64,000 bases of DNA from Candidatus Latescibacterota bacterium (lineage in GTDB: Bacteria; Latescibacterota; UBA2968): NCBI GenBank assembly GCA_965262145.1, contig OZ253501.1, positions 1,695,366 to 1,759,365 on the forward strand. Reading direction: 5' to 3'. The notes below the pieces were generated by a model. It ran no database searches. It had not been told where the DNA came from and saw only the letters and a program-made list of their open reading frames with translations. The position numbers and the translations under genes are program-made. Position 1 is the stretch's first letter. Each line of letters begins with the position of its first letter. Positions 57,487-64,000 of the stretch are shown piece by piece.

Positions 57487-58916
57487 GGTTTATCCTCACC
57501 CAAAATGCCCATACTGAGTTCTAAATGCACGAGGGTGACCGCAAGGTCTCGCTTTGCGCGCGCGAGTTCGGCTTCGGCGCGTTGTAAGGTGAGTTGCCCA
57601 TCGATGACTTCGATCTGGGTGCCAACGCCATTTTCATAACGCGATTCCGCAATTTGCAGCCCTCGACGGGCGAGATCAAGGGCCTGAATCTGCGCGCTTT
57701 TTCTGGCGCGAACTTCGAGGAAAGTGCGCCACGCTTGCAGGACGTTGAACCGCACATCGCGTTCGGTCTTTTTTTGGACCAGTTCGGCTTGTCGCGTGTC
57801 TGAGCGAGCTTGTGCAACCTGTGCATTTGTGCGAAATCCGTCGAAAATGGGAATGTTGATCGCGATGCCCGAAAACCAGCTTTGGCGAAAATCGTCTTTT
57901 ACAAAATCAAATTCGTTTTTTTGCGCCTGCCATTGGCCATTGACAATTAGATCTATGGTTGGGCGGGATTCTGCCTGGGCAATGGTCTCTGCGTACTGGC
58001 GCATTTCAACTCCGAGTCGGTGCTGGCGCACAATGGAATTCATGTGCTTTGATAGGTCAATCAAAACGGCTTCGTCCTCGGTTGGCAAATGGTGGATTTT
58101 TTCGCGGAAAGTCCCGTGAGGTGTAATGGGTTCGTTGGGGTCGATGCCGATCAGGTTTTTGAACGCGAGATCTGCCAATACACGCGCATTTTCCGTGCGT
58201 ATGGAGTCTGTCAACAATTCGGCTACCTGTACTTGTGCGCGCAGCAAATCGTAGTCCGATACGCGCCCTGCCTCGCGCAGTTTTTCGACGCGCCTGAAAT
58301 TTGCACGCGCACGCGCCATGGAAGATTTGCTGACGTGCGTGAGTTCTCCAGCCAATAGCAGGTCGTAAAAAGCCGTTTCGACCTGTGTGTGTACTTGTTG
58401 CTTTGCAGCGCGTACCTTTTCCATCGAAAATTGCCTGAACAGACGCGCAACGCGCATGGCTGAAAAAGATTTGCCTCCACCCCAAATGGCTTGTCGAATG
58501 CCAACTGTGCCGATGAGGTTGTTGTGCGCGCCGACGGTAAATTGTTGTTGGCCTGCTGGCGTATCGAAAAAAAAGGTAGGCAGCAACCAGTTGCGCGTGT
58601 ACTGCAAGGTAATGTCAAACTGGGGGAGAACATCGGCCACTGCATGGCGAATCTGTTGGTGTGATTTGTCCAGATCTTCGCGCACAATTTGCAGGGCTTC
58701 GTTGTGCGATAGCGCGTGCTGTAAACTCTCTTCGAGTGTAATAGACCGGGAATAGGCTTTGGAGATCGCAAAAAAAAGGAACAGAAGGACGATGGTACAC
58801 AGCCATCGGCAAAGAGATATATAGTCCATCGGCATTTGGTGGGATCGAGATTTGGTGGGGATACTGTTTACCTGAAAATCTACGGGGTTTTGCCGTACAT
58901 TGTCAAGGTGTTTCAC
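57483..58916 (-). CDS. TolC-family outer-membrane efflux channel
   Basis: 477 aa with two TolC repeats. ATGA overlap with both folP and the adaptor gene. Confidence 0.85.
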   Translation of the reverse strand: MKHLDNVRQNPVDFQVNSIPTKSRSHQMPMDYISLCRWLCTIVLLFLFFAISKAYSRSITLEESLQHALSHNEALQIVREDLDKSHQQIRHAVADVLPQFDITLQYTRNWLLPTFFFDTPAGQQQFTVGAHNNLIGTVGIRQAIWGGGKSFSAMRVARLFRQFSMEKVRAAKQQVHTQVETAFYDLLLAGELTHVSKSSMARARANFRRVEKLREAGRVSDYDLLRAQVQVAELLTDSIRTENARVLADLAFKNLIGIDPNEPITPHGTFREKIHHLPTEDEAVLIDLSKHMNSIVRQHRLGVEMRQYAETIAQAESRPTIDLIVNGQWQAQKNEFDFVKDDFRQSWFSGIAINIPIFDGFRTNAQVAQARSDTRQAELVQKKTERDVRFNVLQAWRTFLEVRARKSAQIQALDLARRGLQIAESRYENGVGTQIEVIDGQLTLQRAEAELARAKRDLAVTLVHLELSMGILGEDKP

Positions 58917-59809
58917 AAATTGATACGGCAGACCCTGTCCGATAAGGTCAATGCCTGGACAGTCTCTGCGACATCGTGAACCCTTACAATGTGTACTCCT
59001 GCGGTTATACCCAATGTGATTGCAGCAATGCTGCCGGGTAGGCGCTCATGAGGTCGGTTTTGTGGGGCGGTAAATTGCTTGCGCGATGCACCCAGGAGAA
59101 GGGGATATCCCAGCGTGCGAAATTCGGACAGTCGGGCGAGTATCTCGATATTGTGCGCGTATTTTTTTCCAAACCCCAGCCCCGGATCAATCGCAATCTG
59201 AGAGCGGGAAATGCCCATCGCCGTTGCGCTGTCGATTTGTGCGCTAAAAAAGTCGAGAATATCGGACACAACATCGTTGTACATGGGGTTCTGCTGCATG
59301 GTTGAGGGCATTCCCTGCATGTGCATGAGGATAATAGCAGCTCCCGTTTCTGCAATCAGATGCATCATGCTGGCATCAAAACGCAGGGCACTGATGTCAT
59401 TGACAATGGTTGCGCCGTTGTCAATGGCCTGTCGGGCGACTTCGGCTTTGGTTGTGTCTATGGAGATGGGGACGGCGAGTTGTGGAGCAATGGCCTCAAT
59501 AATGGGAATGGTGCGATCCAGTTCTTCTTTTAGAGAGACGACAGCCGCCCCTTTGCCATAAGGTCCGGCTGGGCGGGATGATTCACCCCCTATATCGATA
59601 ATGTCGGCACCTGCCTCAACCAGTGCCAGTGCCCGCTCAATCGCTTTGCGCGGTTCAAAATAAAGGCCGCCGTCTGAGAACGAGTCTGGCGTGACATTGA
59701 GAACGCCCATCACGAGTGTTCGATGACCCAATTGGAGGGGTGTGCCACAGCATGAAAGCTGGTAAATAGGGCGTGTGTGTCTCATGGGAGCTAAAAAAAG
59801 AGATGGCAA
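58913..59809 (-). CDS. folP: Dihydropteroate synthase
   Basis: Pterin-binding DHPS motifs ('GVLNVTPDSFSDGG', 'IIDIGGESSRP'). Confidence 0.9.
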   Translation of the reverse strand: MPSLFLAPMRHTRPIYQLSCCGTPLQLGHRTLVMGVLNVTPDSFSDGGLYFEPRKAIERALALVEAGADIIDIGGESSRPAGPYGKGAAVVSLKEELDRTIPIIEAIAPQLAVPISIDTTKAEVARQAIDNGATIVNDISALRFDASMMHLIAETGAAIILMHMQGMPSTMQQNPMYNDVVSDILDFFSAQIDSATAMGISRSQIAIDPGLGFGKKYAHNIEILARLSEFRTLGYPLLLGASRKQFTAPQNRPHERLPGSIAAITLGITAGVHIVRVHDVAETVQALTLSDRVCRINL

Positions 59810-59833
59810 CCGCCATCTCTTTTTGTGTGTGGA

Positions 59834-61984
59834 TTAGTCACCTGATGGCTGTTTTTCTTCTTCAGCGGTGTGTTTCTCCGAGATTTGGTCTGTTGCTTTC
59901 TGTTCTTCTGTGACCTGATCTTTCGATTCTTCTGGATGTTTGGCACGCCCGTTTGGCACTGGTTTTTCGAGTGTTTTGCCTTCTAATAACTGGTCAATCT
60001 GTACATCGTTGAGGGTTTCAAATTCGAGTAATGCGTTGGCGAGGATGTGAACGTTGTCGATGTTATCACTGAGCAATTGTTCTGCGCGGGACTCGGCTTT
60101 GAGCACGAAGTTTTTAAGTTCCTCGTCGATCATTTCGGCTACTTTGTCGCTGTAGTCTCGACGTTGTGCCATTTCGCGCCCGATGAATATTTCGTCGTTT
60201 CGCTGCCCATAAGCAATGGGTCCGAGTTTTGGACTCATGCCCCAATCGCAAACCATTTGCCGGGCGAGATTGGTGGCCATGCGGTAATCTTGCTGCCCGC
60301 CTGTTGTGATTTCGCCAAAAACGAGCTTTTCGGCAATTCTACCACCCAGGGTGTAAGCGAGGACAGCTTCACAATAACTTTGAGGATAGGTGTGGCGCTC
60401 GTCGATGGGCAGGGTGTGTGTGACGCCGAGGGCACGCCCGCGAGGAATGATGGTCACTTTGTGCAGGGGATCGCTTTCTGGTATGAGTTTGGCTACCAGC
60501 GCATGACCAATTTCGTGATAGGACGTGAGGCGTTTTTCCTTGTCGGAAATGACAAGACTGCGTCGCTCTGCACCCATCATGACTTTGTCTTTGGCATCTT
60601 CAAAGTCGTTCATAGTTAGGCTATCTCGATTTTTTCTGGAGGCCAGCAGCGCGGCTTCGTTGACCAGGTTGGCGAGGTCTGCGCCTGACAGTCCGGGGGT
60701 TCCGCGCGCCAGCACCTGTAAGTTGACATCGTCGGAGAGGGGTGTGTTGCGGGTGTGGACTTTTAGAATGCCTTCCCGCCCTCTGATATCGGGACGATCC
60801 ACCACGACCAGGCGGTCGAAGCGTCCGGGTCGCAACAGCGCGGGGTCGAGCACATCGGGACGGTTGGTGGCTGCGATGAGGATGAGGCCCTCTTTGGATT
60901 CAAAACCATCCATTTCAACCAGGAGTTGATTGAGGGTTTGTTCGCGCTCGTCGTGACCCCCTCCAATACCTGCGCCGCGGTGCCGCCCCACAGCATCTAT
61001 TTCGTCGATAAAGATGATACACGGGGCATGATTTTTTCCCTGTTCAAAGAGATCGCGCACGCGCGATGCGCCCACGCCGACAAACATTTCGACAAAGTCC
61101 GAGCCGCTCATTAAAAAGAATGGAACAGCCGCTTCGCCTGCGACAGCGCGTGCCATATACGTTTTGCCCGTGCCGGGGGGGCCAACCAGGAGTACGCCTT
61201 TTGGAATGCGCCCGCCCAGGCGTTGAAATTTGCGCGGATCTTTCAGAAATTCGATGATTTCCTGTAGTTCTTGCTTGGCTTCTTCGGCACCTGCAACGTC
61301 TTTGAATGTGATTGTGGTTTTATCTTCAGAGATGAGCTTTGCCTTGCTTTTGCCAAAGCTGAACGCGCCTTTGGGGCCTCCTTGCATTTGACGCAAAATG
61401 AAGAGCCAAAGCCCTATGAACAGTAGCCATGGCAAAAAATTAAAAAATATGTTGAGCCAGTTGGAGGGTTTTTGAAAGCGAAAGTCGATGCCGTGTTTGA
61501 GCCATTCCTCAATGGTTGAGGCATCTATGACGCCCAGATCAACGACAAAATCGCGATAGGTGTGCTGTTGTCTGCGACCTGGAGGGGTAAGCTCTTCTGC
61601 GACGAGGAGGCCGTGAAATTCGTTTTCAATAATAATCGCGCTCTGGATTTTTCCCTCTTCGAGGAGCATTTTGTACTCTTTGTAGCTGAGCACGACATCG
61701 CTGGAGGGGGAACTGCCAAAAAACTTGGAAGCAAAAATGATAACCAGCAAAAAAAAGACCCAGAAAGCCAATGGTTTTGAGATGCGCCGCCAGGGCCACT
61801 TGCCATTCTCCTTATCCCCATTGCGATCAGCATTATCCCGGTTGAGCACGGAGAAGTTGGGTCGTCGCTCTTTTTTGTTTTTAGGCGCATCATCTTCGGG
61901 CTGTGTGGGAGCGCGATCAGGCGTCTCGTCGGACGGATGTGTTTCTTCATCCGGTTTCGAGTCCCTGTCTTTGGGGTCGGTCAT
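59834..61984 (-). CDS. ftsH: ATP-dependent zinc metalloprotease FtsH
   Basis: AAA Walker A 'GPPGTGKT', SRH region, and HEIGH zinc motif 'HEIGHAL'. Start taken at MTDPKD, adjacent to the tilS stop. Confidence 0.9.
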   Translation of the reverse strand: MTDPKDRDSKPDEETHPSDETPDRAPTQPEDDAPKNKKERRPNFSVLNRDNADRNGDKENGKWPWRRISKPLAFWVFFLLVIIFASKFFGSSPSSDVVLSYKEYKMLLEEGKIQSAIIIENEFHGLLVAEELTPPGRRQQHTYRDFVVDLGVIDASTIEEWLKHGIDFRFQKPSNWLNIFFNFLPWLLFIGLWLFILRQMQGGPKGAFSFGKSKAKLISEDKTTITFKDVAGAEEAKQELQEIIEFLKDPRKFQRLGGRIPKGVLLVGPPGTGKTYMARAVAGEAAVPFFLMSGSDFVEMFVGVGASRVRDLFEQGKNHAPCIIFIDEIDAVGRHRGAGIGGGHDEREQTLNQLLVEMDGFESKEGLILIAATNRPDVLDPALLRPGRFDRLVVVDRPDIRGREGILKVHTRNTPLSDDVNLQVLARGTPGLSGADLANLVNEAALLASRKNRDSLTMNDFEDAKDKVMMGAERRSLVISDKEKRLTSYHEIGHALVAKLIPESDPLHKVTIIPRGRALGVTHTLPIDERHTYPQSYCEAVLAYTLGGRIAEKLVFGEITTGGQQDYRMATNLARQMVCDWGMSPKLGPIAYGQRNDEIFIGREMAQRRDYSDKVAEMIDEELKNFVLKAESRAEQLLSDNIDNVHILANALLEFETLNDVQIDQLLEGKTLEKPVPNGRAKHPEESKDQVTEEQKATDQISEKHTAEEEKQPSGD

Positions 61985-63432
61985 AAATGCCTCTTTTCGC
62001 ATTGTGTTATCAAGGCGTGCAGGTCACTGCTATAAGTTGCTTTGAGCACGCGCCGAGTAGCTGGTGTGATGGGTGCAATTTGTGAACGCCGAAGGCCAAC
62101 GACCCACAAAATGGTCGCGCCGCTCACCAGGAGTGGTATTTCGCCGCGCAGTAGGCGGGGTATTTTGCTGTCGCTGAGCAGTCTGCTGACTTTTTTTTTC
62201 CCGTGCATGCCAAAAGGGTGAATCCAGTCGCCCACCTGGAGTGAGCGGAGATACAACGCCCGGTTGGGGAGTTGATCCAGGTCAAAAAAGACGGTGTGGT
62301 TCGCTGTTTTTGAACTGCCGAAGCAGTTGTACACCGCTCGCAGATGTTCATGGTTGCACAATATGTTCATTGAGAATTTGCCGTTGATATCGAGCGGCAA
62401 ATCGGGTTCAACCAGAAAGCAGTAAGCTCGGGCTGGCTGGGCGATAATGAGTGTGTCATGCGTGCGATAAGCTGAGATTTCTGGCGTTATTTGAACGCTG
62501 TGTCCCGGGTTGGAAGAAATTTTGAGAATGCGATCAACAACCTGGAAACGCGCGGCTTCGGCACTGGCCTGAAGGGCAAAGAGTACCTTCCGAATCAGGC
62601 GACGCCGAAGTGATATATGATAACCGAAAAATCGCCTAACATCAAGGATAAATTTTCGATTGTCGCAGTACAAGAGGGTTTCCGAAAGTGCCTGTTCCGC
62701 AATGTTTTCGAGGTGTGCGTCGTCATTTTGCAGCAAGGTTGCCGCGCGTGAAAGGAGGTCTTCGATTTGGGGATTGTATGCCTTTTGCAAGTGGGGAATC
62801 AGGTCTGTGCGGATGCGATTGCGCAGAAATTTTGGATCGCTATTTGTTTCATCGCGCATCACCTGCAAATTGCGGGTGTTTACATAAAGTTCAATTTCCG
62901 ATCTGGAAAATGTGAGTAAGGGGCGAATCCAGCAAGCTTCTGAAATTGGACGCATACCCCCCAATCCGGTGAGTCCTGAACCTCGAACAAGGCGCAACAG
63001 AACGGTTTCTGCCTGATCGCTTTTTGTATGGCCAAGCGCGATCCGATTTGCGCCGGTTTTTTGTTGTATTTTTTTTAAAAATGCTCGTCGTGCATCGCGC
63101 GCTGCTTCTTCGATTGATTGCTTTTTATTTTTTGCCCGCTGCGCAACATCTTCCTTTTCGATATAGACGGGATAGTTTCGGGCGATTTGTTTGACAAATG
63201 TGGCATCGCTTTCGGCATTGGGACGAAGTTGATGATTGAGATGCGCGATATAAAGTGTGAGGTGCCATTTTGATCTGAGACGGTGGAGCAGATCGAATAA
63301 GGTGACGGAGTCGGGACCGCCAGACAGGGCTACGACCACCCCATCACCTGGTGCGAGGAGGCGTTCTCGTTGGATATAAGCTTCAACGCGATGTAGAAGA
63401 TCCATTTTCTGAACGGACATGTCGAGTTCCAT
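61981..63432 (-). CDS. tilS: tRNA(Ile)-lysidine synthetase
   Basis: PP-loop 'ALSGGPDSV'. TilS C-terminal domain. Confidence 0.85.
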   Translation of the reverse strand: MELDMSVQKMDLLHRVEAYIQRERLLAPGDGVVVALSGGPDSVTLFDLLHRLRSKWHLTLYIAHLNHQLRPNAESDATFVKQIARNYPVYIEKEDVAQRAKNKKQSIEEAARDARRAFLKKIQQKTGANRIALGHTKSDQAETVLLRLVRGSGLTGLGGMRPISEACWIRPLLTFSRSEIELYVNTRNLQVMRDETNSDPKFLRNRIRTDLIPHLQKAYNPQIEDLLSRAATLLQNDDAHLENIAEQALSETLLYCDNRKFILDVRRFFGYHISLRRRLIRKVLFALQASAEAARFQVVDRILKISSNPGHSVQITPEISAYRTHDTLIIAQPARAYCFLVEPDLPLDINGKFSMNILCNHEHLRAVYNCFGSSKTANHTVFFDLDQLPNRALYLRSLQVGDWIHPFGMHGKKKVSRLLSDSKIPRLLRGEIPLLVSGATILWVVGLRRSQIAPITPATRRVLKATYSSDLHALITQCEKRHL

Positions 63433-63457
63433 TTTGCAAGTGTTTATACGCTTGTGA

Positions 63458-64000
63458 CTAAAAGTAGGTATTGAGGCGCATTTCCACGCCTTTGAAGGGG
63501 AGTACTAGATAGCAGGTCCCCGATGTGCAGGCGGTGCCTCCTCGCCGTTCGCCCACAAAGAGGACGGCGTCGTAATGCGTACCGAAACGCGTATTGAGAT
63601 TGAGAGACACGAAGGTGCGGCTGCCGGTTTCAATGTCGAAAGTTTCTGGACGGTCAACTACAAAAGGGTCGGTTGTGTGATCGACGACAAGGGCTGCGCC
63701 AAAACCGCGTGCGTATTGTGCGGAGAGCGCGCCATAAGTATTGGAGAAGTGCGGTTCGTTTTCAAAATGGACAGCGCGTTGATATTGGAGGTCGAGGCCA
63801 AGGGTATGGCCTCGTGTGGTTGTGGTTTCAAAAATCGCGCCGCCTGTGCGGTGGCTGTCGATGCTTTCGAGGTCGTCTTTGCCCCAGTTAAAGAAGAAGG
63901 TGGCGGTCAGGTTGTCAAATTTGTACAGATCAAATGATAGGTGTCTTTCTTTGAAAAAGGTCTGTATAGTTGGAGCCAAATCATTGCGTGCGTGGCTGAT
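63458..64000 (-). CDS. Outer-membrane beta-barrel protein, C-terminal part (N-terminus beyond window end)
   Basis: Alternating amphipathic beta-strand pattern ending in C-terminal Phe ('…RLNTYF'). The first in-window Met has no signal peptide, so the true start is probably upstream of the window. Confidence 0.45.
   Translation of the reverse strand: MSHARNDLAPTIQTFFKERHLSFDLYKFDNLTATFFFNWGKDDLESIDSHRTGGAIFETTTTRGHTLGLDLQYQRAVHFENEPHFSNTYGALSAQYARGFGAALVVDHTTDPFVVDRPETFDIETGSRTFVSLNLNTRFGTHYDAVLFVGERRGGTACTSGTCYLVLPFKGVEMRLNTYF

Noticed and set aside
1-64000. tRNA, rRNA, IS element or integrase search
   Set aside because: I found no cloverleaf-like tRNA candidates, transposase or integrase ORFs, or terminal inverted repeats flanking the defence island. 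The island boundaries are defined only by gene content and composition.

Overview
This is a 64-kb bacterial chromosomal segment from a Gram-negative-type genome (it carries LspA, a TolC/MFP/RND pump and lipoproteins). It contains no rRNA, tRNA or CRISPR that I can support. Almost the whole window is coding.

Housekeeping blocks:
- rluD-lspA-dksA-like-NUDIX-mtnP-divIVA-yggT-yggS
- recJ
- trxA-holA
- tilS-ftsH-folP followed by a TolC/MFP/RND pump

Accessory genes:
- nitroreductase, Fic, a HepT/MNT toxin-antitoxin pair, ThuA
- two sulfatases, two PhyH dioxygenases, a serpin
- a two-domain PPK2, a B12-radical SAM protein

Three regions stand out.
1. A ~13.6-kb minus-strand defence island (24486-38094) lies between a Gfo/Idh/MocA oxidoreductase and recJ. 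It is built on the three-component DUF499 ATPase / DUF1156 N6-adenine methyltransferase / SNF2 helicase architecture. The helicase's expected DUF3883 nuclease domain sits in a separate in-frame ORF. The island has been invaded by cargo: an OLD/ABC-like AAA_21 ATPase with a small PD-(D/E)xK-like partner, and a lower-GC block of three ORFs with no recognisable homology. Those three ORFs are candidate novel defence or anti-defence components.
2. A 4-bp-overlap signalling operon (7753-13503) combines a STAS protein, a receiver-PP2C phosphatase, an RsbW-like GHKL kinase, a LivK-like periplasmic binding protein and a HAMP histidine kinase. A relic ammonium-transporter C-terminal fragment follows it.
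3. A PspA/YbjN/DUF4178 membrane-stress module (39980-44994) converges on a lipoprotein/DUF350/membrane-spermidine-synthase operon, reminiscent of the E. coli yjf locus.

Smaller observations: a GPP34 gene interrupted at an A5 homopolymer, tandem palindromic repeats upstream of the nitroreductase, and an unannotated 55-aa single-TM ORF co-transcribed with the RND pump.
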